A DNA stretch of 64,000 bases. It comes from Utricularia gibba (lineage: Eukaryota > Plantae > Magnoliophyta). Location of the stretch: positions 124,001 through 188,000 of the forward strand of contig NEEC01000024.1 in assembly GCA_002189035.1 (NCBI GenBank). The letters are read 5' to 3'. Made by a program: the position numbers and the translations under genes. Positions 23,301 to 36,135 of this stretch are shown in pieces; the first letter of the stretch is position 1; every line of letters begins with the position of its first letter. The notes beneath the pieces were generated by a model. That model was not told the DNA's origin and did not search any database. It saw only the letters and a list, made by a program, of their open reading frames with translations.

Positions 23301-26300
23301 TCTAAGAGCAGTATAGTTCTTTCAGTGCCCATATATAAACAGATTGAAGAAGTAGTGCATTTATCTCCAACTAAGCAGCTTGTTGCGGATGCTTTTGGGA
23401 TTGATGAATATTTATATGATGGTTGTGGTAAAACCATTCATCTCATTTGTGAGGAGTTTCAGTTTCCATTTTCCCATCCCATTATTATCATCAGGCGAGG
23501 GAAGAAGTTATGCTTCAAAAATGTAAAAATTGAGGTACATAATTATTCATGTCTATCAGGACATAGTTCAACCTTCTTTTTTTTTTCCACCCATGTTGGC
23601 AGCATTTTCATAATTTTTTCCCATTATCTGATTATGTGTTTTGCCTCGGGAAGTCCTTTTTTTTTCTGACATCGGCTTATTCTTAGAATGGCTTGCTGCT
23701 GAAGAAATATACTTAATTGAGCAATGAAAGCTCATATTCAGTCTCTCCAGAAGATGGTGTTGAAATATCCTTTGAGGATGATCACGTCCTCAATAGAAAT
23801 CATGAAGATTTGGATCCTTCAGATGAAAATTCATCAGGCACTGGTCACTATGAATCAACTAGAATTCAAAGTCTTAAGTTTGAAGTGCTGGTAGATTTTT
23901 AACATTGTTGCGATTTCTCTCCTATAGAGTTGCCAACTCGTGATGTCATAATCATTCATATTTTTTTCCTTCGATTCAGGTTGTTTCCCCAGATTTCACC
24001 TTCTATGACAGTAGCAAATCATTCCTTGATGATTCTACCCATGGCGAAAAGATTCTTCGTGCAAAGGCTGACTTAAGCTTCATGTAAGTTGTACCTGCTA
24101 TGTTGACTGGTGAACACTATGCTCCCTATTGAAATGTTTCGTGACTTGGTACTGATAGAGACCTTTCATGTTACGTTGAATGTGTGCTGTGCTCCCAATT
24201 TGGTTCAGCCTCGGTATAAAATTATGATATAAGACCAATATTGCAGCTCGCTGATCTTTCAATTTATTTGCTGATTCAAAAATTATTTATCATCACGGTA
24301 GATTTTATTAAACTTTAGTTTTTATTATTTTGTATGTTATTAAATAGGTATGCATCAAAGGATGAGGATAAATGGATAAGGGGCTGTGTAAAGGATCTAA
24401 CCATGGAAGCTGGTTCTGGGCTTGTTGTTCTTGATCCAGTCGATATTTCTGGGGGATATACTTCTGTTAAAGATAAAACAAGCATATCACTTATGTCTTG
24501 CGATTTATATTTTCATCTTTCTCTAGGTGTTATCTCCCTTCTGCTTAATCTGCATAGTCAGGCATCCACAGCACTGCAGTTTGAATCTGCTAATGTCATG
24601 TCAGCGTGTACAAACTTTGATCAAATATGGGTGTCTCCTAAAGGTATCACCTTTCCATTTCAATTTGTTTCAACGATGCTACCCTTTCTAATATCCCTAC
24701 TCAACATCTCATTCTCCACAATGAGTAATATTGAGAATATCTTGACAAGTGATTCATATCAAGGTAGCTTGTTTTTCACAGATAATGGTCATCTCAGCAA
24801 TCTAACGTTTTGGAGGCCTAGGGCTCCTTCAAACTATGTTGTTTTGGGTGATTGTGTAACATCACGGTACAGTATACTGCTGCATTCCTTTTTGTCAGTA
24901 TTTTGGATGAAACATCAGAAAAATTTTAATGTGTCTGTTTTTTTTTATAACAATCATTTGCTAATTTCTGCATTCCAAACCATAGACACAACAGGATGAA
25001 GCACCATCTCTAGAATTGTTGTGCTGTCCAAGAATGGATTTAGTCAACCAAGCTGATATCGTTGACACACCTATCTCAAGAGTACCTAATTCAAAAGCTG
25101 CTCAGACCTTGAGTATTTGGAAAGTTGGAAACCAAGTAAGCTCCATAAAAAAACTAGATTTCGATCAGCAGCATCATTGCTTTTGACACATGACCTCATG
25201 GATTTTATTAATTTATGTCACATTTACCACTAAACAGAAGATCCATTTTTCCCTTGATCCCAGTTTCCATTATTTCTGTAGGCCAGCACATTTCTTGCTC
25301 GATCAGATCTAAACAAATTAGCATTTTCTATAGGGTACTCACTGAAGCCAAAAAAAAAAGGACAATATAACAGCAGAGATGAAAATCAGATGCCTATCTT
25401 TGACTATATTGGACAGCTTGTGTGGCATGGTTGCTCTTCGCATATTAATATTGTCCTTAATCTAGATTTTTTCTTGAAATGCCAATATGTTGATCTTTTA
25501 TGTCTCGTATGCTCTTTTTAGATTACTCCACTTTTTGATGCCACAATTACAAACATCAAACTAGCAAGACATGGAAGACTTGAGGCAATGAATGCTGTGC
25601 TGATTTCCTCTTTTGCCTCATCAATTTTTAATATTCAGTCAGAAGCATGGGAGCCACTTATCGAGCCATTTGATGGGATTTTGAAGTAAGAATTATAGGC
25701 CCATTTTATCTTTCTCTTATTGAGTTTTCTACATTCGGATTTGAGTTATATTCACCACATTTTGGTGATTTCGTGCTATGCTATTCATAATCTTACTACT
25801 CTAAATGATTATTGTTTCATATCGTAGGATTGAAATGCACGATAACAGTTCAAGCCAATCAGCAAGAATTGATAAAAGGATGTGAATTGCTGTGACAAGT
25901 ATTCCTAATGTGAATCTTAGTGCTGCCAATTTTGATACTTTAGGTCTAACATTGGATTCCTGGAGAAAACAGAGGGAATTTGAAGAGAAAGCCATTATGC
26001 TGTATGAGGTTGCAAGAAAACTTACATCCTAGTGCTGATTATAGGTTATGCTTTTTGTACTGTGTTTTATTGTTTATATGCATTCAGGATTCTGCTGTTC
26101 CAAACATATCTGAACCAAAGTCATGCTATCGTGCTTTGGATGAAGATGATTTCCAGACCGTGATAGTGCAAAATGAACTTGGTTGTGATTTATATCTGAG
26201 GAAAAGTCAGCAGGACTTCAAAGACTTTAAATTACTACATCATGATAATAATGCAACTCTATGTATGCCACCCTCTAAGTATTCTAACAGGTTAAATGTT

Positions 26301-29300
26301 TCTGATGAATCAAGGGAACCTAGATGCTATATCAGTGTCCAAGTAGTAAAAGCAAAGGTTGGTCACTTAAAGCATTTAATTTATAGTTGTGAACTTTATT
26401 TGGATTCTATATTTTTTGACCTTTCAGGGTTTACCTCTTGTTGATGATGGAAATAGTCAAAACATTTTCTGTGCTTTGCGTTTGCTGGTTGAGAATGAAG
26501 ACACAAATTTTGCCAAAGCCTTTTCCTCAAAGTGCAAGAACAAAATGTGTCAAAATGTCAACTACCGAAGTGAATGGCTTGGATGAAGGCACGGCTGAAT
26601 GGAATGAATTGTTCATTTTTGAAGTTCCTCAAAAGGTATAATTTTGAAAGCTTTTTGGCCTTCAGGCACACTAATCTATGATAAAACAAGCCATTTTAAG
26701 GGTGCTGAAAATTGGAATACAGTGGAATCCTGATTCATCTTACATTTGGATGGATTTACAGCCAATTTTTTTAAAAAATAGAAGAATAAAATTTTTATCT
26801 TAATTAAGTGGCTTTGATTTCCAGTTGCTATGATGGGTATACACAAATGCTCTTTCAATTTCAAAGTACATTTGTTGCTTCAAATTGTGCACATGGTTTT
26901 AGCTGTAGTAAAACTCAAATATGTAATAATTTATTTGTGTTATATATCATGAACTTGATTGCTTGTTATCTTTCCAATAGATCTTTCAGTATGTGCTTAT
27001 GTACAAAGAGAAATTTTTTATTGCTGCAGGCAAGTGCTAAACTGGAGGTGGAAATTACAAATCTTTCTGCTAAGGCTGGTAAAGGTATTGTGTGTAGTGC
27101 ATAGATTGTCAATATTCCAGATCTCGATTTTCACTAATACTCTTCCACTCTTTTTCCCATGGCTTCACTCTTTGATGTGGGCACTTATCATAAATTCCGC
27201 ATTTCCTTTTCATTTTCATCTGACCAATGATGGGTAGTTTGATGTTTACTGTTTTTTTTTCATGGTATTCTAATCCACGTAAATAATTTATTTTGTTTCT
27301 TATCCCATAATTTTCGAACTGGATTATTCAAGTGTTGGTACCAGTTCGAAAGTTTAACTAAAACTGCATTTTGTTTTGTGCTTTTTTTGTTTGGTCTTTC
27401 TATTTGTACTAACACTGTATTGCTGGTGAATATTAGGTGAGGTCGTGGGGTCTTGTTCTTTCTCTGTGGTGAATAGCACTAGCATGCTAAGAAAGGTTAC
27501 TTCTGTGAAATCACTTCATGAAGCATCCGATAGTGAAGGCCTTATATCTTATCCACTAAAAAGAAAGGTACTTAGAGAAATTCATTGTTATTTCTCTTAG
27601 CTGAGTACGGTATAATTTTATTTTTATTTTTATTTTTTGGTTTGACTCTTTCAAGGGCCAAGAGCTTGATGAAGTACATTCACAGTGTTGCCTTTTTGTC
27701 TCAACTTGTTATGTGGGGAAGAACGTGACAACGGCCTGCCCTAGTGAGACTGATGGAAGTCATTTAGGTGGAGAGATGGGTTTCTGGATTGCACTAAGGC
27801 CCGAAGGTCCATGGGATGGTTTCCGCTCATTGCTTCCCCTATCAGTTAATGCTCAAAAATTACAAGAGGATTTTGTGGAAATGGAGGTTTCTATGAAAAA
27901 CGGCATCAAGCATGCAGTTTTCAGGACGCTTGCCATGGTTTCAAATGATTCGGATGTCAAATTGAACATATCGACATGCAACATCTCCATGGTCACGAGT
28001 CATGATAGTTCAGCCAGGACATGCCATAAGAACATTGATGTTGAAGAGATTTTTGAAAACCAAAAATATCATCCAGTATCAGGCTGGGGAAGCAATGAAT
28101 GTGATGTAGGTCATTGGAGCAATAGAGATTTCAGTTATTCTTTTGAAGTGAGCATCTCCTAGACTTTCATCTATTTTACTTTTTTCTTACAGTAACATTT
28201 GCTTGTATTGATTCCTTGAAGGAATTTTTTGAGCCTCCTCTTCCCATGGGATGGGTGTGGGTTGAATCATCATCATGGGCTATGAAAAATCTCAGTTTGT
28301 TGATGCTGATGGATGGGCTTATGCGGTTGATTTTCAAAGTTTAAAGTGGCCACCAAATTCTCTGAGATCAGGAGTAAAGTCAGCACATGATATGGTGCGG
28401 CGAAGGCGGTGGATCCGTACAAGGCAAGCAGTTGATGAAGGTTCCACCATAAGAAAGAACATTGACACGATGTTATGCCCTGGATGCACATATTCTCTTC
28501 CCTTGAGTAGTATGTCCAGAAATTCTGTTAAGTGTCTTCAGTTCCGTCCACTCATTGATAATTCTCAAACGTCATATTCTTGGGGGCCAACCGATTTCTG
28601 TAAATAACAGTTCTTTATCTACTGCTGAAGGCTTGCCTTCTCATCAGAGTTCCTCAAGACATGGAATTAATGCATCAATTAATCCTTTAAGATTGGATCA
28701 GCTTGAGAAGAGGGGCATCCTTTGGTGTTGCGCTGGATCAAATGGAAAATTGTTTTGGCTCTCTATTGGCACTGATGCATCCATGCTTTAGACTGATCTT
28801 AGTCTTCCTGTATTTGATTGGAAGATATCGGCAAGTTCTCCTCTGAGGTTGGAGAATAGACTTCCTTGTTCTTTAGAATTCAAAATCAGGGAAAGGTTAA
28901 GAGAAGGTAAAAGCATAGAAAGGGGGCAGGATTTGGTTTCAGCACGAGGGATGATTCACATTTATTCTGCTGATATACGCAATCCGATATTTCTAATGAT
29001 TTCTGTTCAAGGTGGTTGGGTTATGGAAAAGGTTATCTCTTTTTGTTCATTTATTTGTCATCTTAATCATGTTTATACGTTGGCTTATCCCTAATTTTTT
29101 ACTAATGAAATTGTTTTGCTGATAAAAACAAAAAAAAACCATTGAACGGTGTCATTTTTCTTTTTTGGTATGTCAGGATCCTGTTCTTATTTTGGATATT
29201 GCATCTGGCAACCATGTTTCTTCATTCTGGATGTTTCAAGAGTGAACAAAAAGGTTTAGAAAGTTCTCTTGAATATGACTACACTCTATTGTTGATTAAC

Positions 29301-32300
29301 CATAGCCTCATGTAATTTGTCATGCTGTTCATGTAATTATGTGCGATACCTCGTGATATATGAAACATTTCATGTTCATTTAGTTTGATGCCTACATTTT
29401 CATGATTAATATTGCATTATTCACTGCTAGGGAATATTAAACATCACACTGCCTTCAAGGCTTGTTAAAACTCGCCATCAGTTTTGGTTTTTTTGTTAGT
29501 GTGGATGATTCAGCTTTGGGCGCAGTTGATCCAATTTGGACCTTTTTCTTCTTTGTCGCTTGCATGCAGGAGGTTGCGGGTGAGCATTGAGCGTGACATG
29601 GGAGGATCAGAAGCAGCCCCTAAAACAATTAGGTTTTTTGTCCCGTACTGGATTGTTAATGATACTTTTCTATCCCTGGCATACAGAGTAGTGGAAATTG
29701 AACTACTCGAGAGAGTGGATGGTGATTCTCCTCTAAACCCCAAAGCAGTGAAGTCCGGAAGGTTAAAGCATTCCTCAACTTCCTTAGTGAGGAGACAGAG
29801 TAGTGTAAGGAAAAATATTCAAGTGCTGGAAGAAATTGAAGATACTAGTCCAACACCTTGCATGGTTTCTCCTCAAGACTACATCGGTCGTGGTGGTGTT
29901 ATGTTATTCTCTCCACGAAATGACACATATTTGTCTCCACGGGTTGGAATTTTTGTTGCCCTTCGAAACTCTGTGAATTTTGGTCTTGGTGTATCACTTC
30001 GAAACTCTACACATGAATCAGATTTCCTTTGAATAGGTTCAGCTTATATTTAGGTCTCTGAATCTATGAATTTAATGTCACTCTCAGCAAAGAGTTGAAC
30101 TAAAGGCATACTGTCGTGATGGAAGTTACTACAAACTCTCAGCTGTACTCCTCATGACTTCAGACAGGACTAAGGTGTATTTCTTTTACTTGTGTATTGC
30201 TTTGCTCGGGAATAAATTCCAGTATATTTTCGCATATAAATCAGTTTCATATTCAAGAGAACTTTCCATTTTATATTCAGGTTATACATGTTCAGCCACA
30301 CTCGGTGTTAATTAACAGAGTTGGCTTTGGGATATTCATAAAACAATGTGGTACGCAGTCCTTAAATTGGCTTTATCCTACTGGCCCTTGTATCTTGGAT
30401 GGCAATCTGGAAAAGCTGAACTGCTCAAGGTTTTGTGATCATTATTATTTATCATACATGCTCAATTACACGAAATTAAAACACCTGACTCATATGCTGT
30501 GTTGTAGTTGAGGGTGGATGGTTACTTGTGGAGCACGCCTTTTACAATTGATTCTGAAGGTACAATGTCTACATTCATGAGATCTGAGGTCGGAAATCAA
30601 GGAATGAGTCTCATTATTGAGGTAAGAGGTGGTACAAAGGCCTCGAGATATGAAGTCATATTCCGCCCATGTGCTTTCTCAAGCCTTTCCAGGCAACATG
30701 CTAACTAATATTTTTTTTTTTTTAGGATGTGTAGCTATCTCAGAAGCTTTCTTTGCAAGAAGTGTGTATAGTTATTAACAATAACAGACATGTTAGTAAT
30801 ATGCAACTGTGGTATAGATTCCATGAACTTTAATTTGTCATCGTGGTAGTCAACCATTTGAAAACTTGGCAGGATTGAAAATCGTTCATTTTTTCTGCCA
30901 TTGCAATTTTCGGCAAGCTGGCAGTTCCAAGGTGTCATGGAGACCTCTACTTCCAAATTCTGCTGCTTCCTTTTCATTTGAAGATCTTGGTGGAGAACGA
31001 AAGTTGGAGTTGCTGCTAGAAGAAAATGATTCTATGACATCACAGAAATATGGCATTGATGAGGTGAAAGACCATTTGCCCCTCCTAGTCTCCAGTGGAC
31101 TCAAGCGTGGTCTCATAGTTACTATTATTCGGGATGAGAAAGTAAATGTTGTTAAAATTAGTGACTGGATGCCAGAAAATGAATCACCCACCCTGTTATC
31201 CCGAAGCCTTTCATCTATACAACAAATGTCTGATAATAAGCCTCAGCTTCAAGACCCATCAGTTGCCCCAGATGCTGAATTTCATCTCACCCTTGAAGTT
31301 GCAGAGCTTGGGTTATCCATTGTCGATCACACGCCACAGGAGATATTATATCTGTCCTTGCAGAACTTTTTGCTGTCATATTCAACTGGAGTGGGCTCAG
31401 GAATCAATCGGTAAATTTTCTTAACATAGAACTCATTCACTGATTTAAGCTCTTTTGCTAATTGGATTGTTTTTCATCACATCTCCTAAGCTCTAAACCA
31501 GGGAAAAGATCTGTTCTCTTTAGGTTATTGAATCCACTATTCATCATTTGAAGGTTCTTTTTTTTTCTAATTTTAAAAGATTTTGTGGTATATAATTCTG
31601 GATCTTCTTTTGTAGACTGAACATTAGAATGGGAGGAATTCAGGTTGACAATCAGTTGCCTCTAACTCCAATGCCTGTCCTCGTTCGACCTCAGAGAATT
31701 GGGGAGGACACTGATTCTATTTTGAAGCTCTCCATCACACAGCAGTCTACTGGATCTTCGGATTTATGCATATATCGTTACATGTGTACTGTGATGCAGT
31801 TCATAATGCAGACAGCCGAATCAAGCTCTTTTTTTGGTCAAGTTGATCTGTTTAAGGTACGTGGTAAGTTTGCCTCGACGGATGCCCTTACGAGGACCAT
31901 TTCATGCTTCCTAAAGGGCGAATCATTATAATCACCAATCAAAGGGTTATACTGTTGCAAGTAAGTGAATGAGATCAAATTTATCCTGTTGTCAAGGAAT
32001 ATCTAACCTAGCAATCTGCATGAATTGTTACATGACGCAACTCTCTTACCTGTTTCAGCAACCATCGAACCTTCTAGCACAGAAAAAGTTCAATCCTGCC
32101 TGGGATCCATGTTTAGTACTTGGGGAGATGATGTGGGACGACCTGGCGACGATGGAACTTGTCCATGCGCCACCTTCTCAGGTTCTCCTCTACTTCCACA
32201 TTAAAACCGTGGATGCAAAGGATCAAACCCGCACCATAAATTGTTCCCGAGATACTAGTCAAGCATTTGATGTGTATAATGCAATTGAGCTAGCAAGATC

Positions 32301-32310
32301 AACATATACA
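17350..32310 (+). pseudogene. VPS13: VPS13 (plant long M-type, with PH/Vps62-like/C2/DysF-like/VAB domains) unprocessed pseudogene, 5'-truncated with several large internal deletions
   Basis: Many GT-AG exons in normal order: FTKEEWEAVNKLLSYQPDE; PH region (VLSGFYFYVLESE...IIEFQKEEEKQAW); FYFNRPTVVALINFG; LTFWRPRAPSNYVVLGDCVT; AWEPLIEPFDGI; C2 (AKGLPLVDDGNSQNIFCALRL); DGWAYAVDFQSLKWPP..VRRRRWIRTR; IRFFVPYWIVND; GGIQVDNQLPLTPMPV; FFGQVDLFKVRGKFA; WDDLATMEL. Stops (TAG 18270, TAG 28789) and frameshifts are present. Confidence 0.92.
18644..18776. repeat. A-rich low-complexity tract (An/AAAG) inside a VPS13 intron
   Basis: Directly visible, between the exon ending ...GCTCAAG|GT and the acceptor GCAG|CATGGCAGG. 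Confidence 0.95.
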
Positions 32311-32469
32311 TCCCGACTGCCCACGGTATGGTTCTCATTCGTTTTAGGAACAAAGAACTTGGTTCATCTTTCTGCTTTTCACGTTAGAAGAATGAAGAAC
32401 ATTTTTACCTATGAAGCTGTTCCAACTAATATGATTTTTAACATTCTTGATAAAGGGGCGCCCTCATTC

Positions 32470-33808
32470 GCAACCCTAGGTCAAGCAGGGGACTATCCGC
32501 TGAGTTTAAGCATATCAATAAGGTGAGGAGAAGAAACTTAGAGGATTCCCCCAGTAATGGCAAGGGAACTGGGAATAGCCCAACTTGAGAATTGTGTGAC
32601 CCCGTCGATCGAATTGTAGTCTGGACAAATGTCCTCAGCAATGGACTGGGGTAAAGGGGCACCAGAGAGGGTGATAGTCTCGTTGGACCCTGTTGCACCA
32701 CGAGGTGCTGTTGGTGTGTCGGGTTGTTTGGGAATGCAGTCCCAATCAGATGGTAAATTCTGTCCAAGGCTAAGGCTAAATACGAGAGACCGATAGCGAA
32801 CAAGTACCAAAGATGAAAAGGACTTTGAAAGCCCGTCCAAGGCTAAGTTCGTTGATCGGTGCGGACCAGCACGGATCGATGCAATGGTGCAAGCCCATGT
32901 TGTGATGCTCAAGAATGTCATTGTGCGGATCGTGGCAGACAATCCGCACCCTTGCAGGGTGCAGGCCCGTAGGCTCCCCATTCAACCCATCTTGAAACAT
33001 GGACCGAGGAGTCTGACATGCATGGGAGTCAATGGGCAAGTAAACCTATGAGGCACAAGGAAGCTGGTGCGATCCCCCCCTCGTGCGGGTGGGTGGAATG
33101 CCGAACGACCTCGACCCTTTTGAGAAGGGTTCGAGTGAGCATGCTTCCCAAATCGAAAGATGGTGAACTATGCCTGAGCAGGGCGAAGCTAGAGGAAACT
33201 CTGGTGGAGGCCTATAATGACATGCAAATCGTTCGTCTGATTTGGGTATGGGGGCGAAAGACTAATCTAACCATCTAGTAGCTGGTTCCCTCCAATGTTT
33301 CCCTCAGATAGCTGGAGCTCGATGGTGAGTTCTATCAAGTAAAGCCAATTATTAGAGGCATTGGGGGCACAAGGACCTATTCTCAAACTTTAAATAGATA
33401 GGACCGTTGAGCCACGCCGGGGAATCGAGAGCTCCAAGTGAGCCATTCAACCAAGTGATTTCACACAATTGGTCATCGCACTTGGTTGAAAAGCTAGTGG
33501 CACGAAACTACCATGCGTGGGACTATGACTGAACGCCTCTAAATTAGAATTCGGGCTAGACGTGACGCTAGTGCATGCTGTCCAAATGTCGTCTCGCAAT
33601 AGGGTCCTTCCCAAACCCCTATGGCATGTGTTGTTGGTCAAGCCCCGTGGTGGAGGCGCCGCGAGGGCTGCCGTGAATCTCAATTCCACTCAAGCGGTGG
33701 GCCGAATCCTTTGCAGATGGCTTAAATATGCGACGGGGTATTGTAAGCGGAAAAGTGGTCATGCTACCACGATCCACTGAGATTCAACCCATTGTCGCTT
33801 TGATTTGA
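32470..33808 (+). rRNA. 25S (LSU) rRNA pseudogene: 5' part fused to the 3' end, central region deleted
   Basis: 5' start C-GCTGAGTTTAAGCATATCAATAAG; GGGTTGTTTGGGAATGCAG; TCTTGAAACA-GGACC; GAAAGATGGTGAACTATGCCTG; GGGGCGAAAGACTAATC. At ~33447 it jumps to CACACAATTGGTCATCGC...TATGACTGAACGCCTCTAA and ends GATCCACTGAGATTCA. There are many substitutions and small deletions. Confidence 0.93.
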
Positions 33809-34750
33809 CTCCCATATTTTTCCTGCTAAGCTCAGGATTTAACTTTGTCGTGCCTCGGCACTTTACATGATGGGAAAAAAGCACCAAGTAATGAGAATGA
33901 GCTCGCATTCGGTTGCACGTGCCAAGCTTTCTCCCGCGCCCTCATCAATAGGCACTTTACATGATGGGAAAACAGCCAAGTAGTTAGAGTGAGCCTGAAT
34001 GTGAACTTGGTGGGGTGTGCGGAGGGAAGAAGGATGAAGAGATGCATCCATGACGTTGTTCCTTGGAACAAAGTTAAGCAAAGTGGGTGACACCCAACTC
34101 AGTGGAATGGAGGTCGTAAAACGACAATAGAAGTTGTTTATCGAGCAAATAAATATGGCTCCCCAAAGGGAATCAAGACGTTTTTCAAGTTGACCCTGTC
34201 ATCATGCTTATCACCATGCTTGTGGGCATGTCCATCCTTTCTAAGGGGGAGGTGCTCTCGAGAGGCATCCATAAGAGTCGTGCGTTTTTCGACATTTGGA
34301 TATCTAGTGCCGCCACAAGGGCATCGTCAACACCCTTTATAAGGGGGGAGGTGCTCTTGAGAGGCACCCGACCCACCCCTCAGGATCGACGAGGCAGAAC
34401 CTCCATCAACCACACTGCATGCAGGCGGGCAAGCACGCATGAAGTGCTAGTGCACACTTGAGGCCACGGACTTGCTCAGGATGTTTGCTTGCCAACCATG
34501 ATCGACCATGCACGTGGCGGTGACTCGCTCGAGATGCCCGCTGGTGCGCCATGGTCGACCTCGCCCACGACGCCCACTAGTGCACCATGCTCGACCATGC
34601 GCGGGGAGGGTGACTCGCCTGGGACGCCCGCTTGCACCCCTCGCTCGAGCATGTTCCGAGCACTGACTCGATCGAGATGCCCACCCATGCGTGGGGTGAT
34701 GACTCGCAAGAGACACGCACCTCGCTCTACCATGCACTGAGCAGTGACCT
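33809..34750 (+). other. Probable rDNA intergenic spacer / 5' ETS remnant
   Basis: Directly follows the 25S 3' end. It has a duplicated GCACTTTACATGATGGGAAAA (~33858, ~33952), a duplicated (T)AAGGGGG(G)AGGTGCTCT-GAGAGGCA motif, and GC-rich subrepeats (GACCATGC, GTGACTCGC). Confidence 0.55.
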
Positions 34751-35893
34751 AAAAAGAAAAAAAAAGTGTTGAAGGGAGAAACTAGGTTAGTAACTTGATT
34801 CCAATGAATTTTCTACTTTCGAAACAAAAGAAAAGTAAAAAAAAGGGTTAGCCACTTGAATCTTCTACTTACTAAACAAAAGAAAAGTCAATATTGTACA
34901 ACTTTATCTATTGTTACACTTATATTCCATTTTAACTCTTTTCAATTGTCTACCTACCTCTTTTGTGCTTATAGGGTTACCCAAAAGAAATCAAAAAGAT
35001 CCAACGCCAAGTGGGAGAACTCATGGCTAAGGGGTTAGTGAGGGAAAGTGTGAGGCCATGCTCAGTTCCAATATAATTGATGCCAAAACATGATGGAACA
35101 TAGAGAATGTGTACTGATTGTCGAGTCATTAACCAAATAACGATTAAGTATAGTAATCCTCTCTCTAGGCTTGATGAGTTAGATGAATTATATGGATCAT
35201 GCATTTTCTCTAAGATTGATTTGCGTAGTGGATATCATCAATTTAGGATGAAAAAGGGGGATGGATGGAAGGCTACTTTCAAAACTAATTTTTCTTTATA
35301 TGAAAGATTGGTTATGCCTTTTGGATTGACGAATGCATTTAGTACTTTTATGAGGTTGATGAATCATGTATTGCATCCCTTTCTTGGTAAATTTGTTGTT
35401 GTTTACTTTGATGATATTCTTGTGTATAGTAAGACTTTGGATAAACATACATGTCATTTACATGAGGTGTTGCTTATCTTGAGAAAGCTAATATTAAGAA
35501 GTACGTCTTTTGCACAAACAAAATCTATTTTCTTGGCTATATTATGAGTGATGCAGGAATTTTAGTGGATGAAGAAAAGGTGAAAGCAATTATGAAATGG
35601 CCAACTCCAACCCTAGTTGGAGAAGTGCGCAGTTTCCATGGATTGACTAGCTTAATGTGGAGAGAATCACAAGAGCATGCTTTCAAGACACTTAAGAATA
35701 AGCTTAGCTCAGCTCCATTACTTGGATTATCTAATTTCTCAACATGTTTGAAATTGAATGTGATGCTTCTAAGGTTGGAATAGGCGCAGTTCTCATGCAA
35801 GGAGGTCGACCTATTGCTTATTTCAGAGAAAAGTAGGTTAAAGCTACACTCAATTACCCAACTTATGATAAGGAAGTTTACTCATTGGTAAGA
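34750..35893 (+). mobile_element. CRM-type gypsy remnant (module e): leader joined directly to a decayed RT-RNase H
   Basis: 34750-34965 is homologous to the leader at 46500-46705. It is followed by [26 protein letters not shown] and [12 protein letters not shown], with frameshifts. Confidence 0.85.
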
Positions 35894-36135
35894 TGATGTG
35901 ACCCTTTAATTTAAGAGATTAGCAATACACGAACAAGAGGTGATTTTGAAGTTTAGAAAGGAACTCATTCAAGTCTACCCTCAAGAGAATGAATCTCTTG
36001 CAACTAGACTTTCAAAGAAAGGGAAATTAGGAGTCAGTCACTTGAAATGGAAGTGATAATTCTAGGACAACACGGCTCGAAACTTGACAAGTCAAGAGTG
36101 TTCAAGCACACAAAGAAAGGGAAAATCCTCACAAG
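35894..36135 (-). repeat. Distal half of the 3' LTR of CRM module a
   Basis: The reverse complement aligns to 51410-51663 and ends ...GGTCACATCA. Confidence 0.88.

Noticed and set aside
17350-32310. Functional VPS13 gene, or several separate small genes
   Set aside because: The ORF-track pieces are exons read through into introns of one gene. In-frame stops, frameshifts and domain-scale deletions rule out an intact product.
32438-33780. ORFs over the 25S remnant
   Set aside because: They are spurious translations of rDNA.
34447-34740. Overlapping GC-rich ORFs on both strands
   Set aside because: They show no recognisable domain and are explained by high GC and short subrepeats in a probable rDNA spacer.
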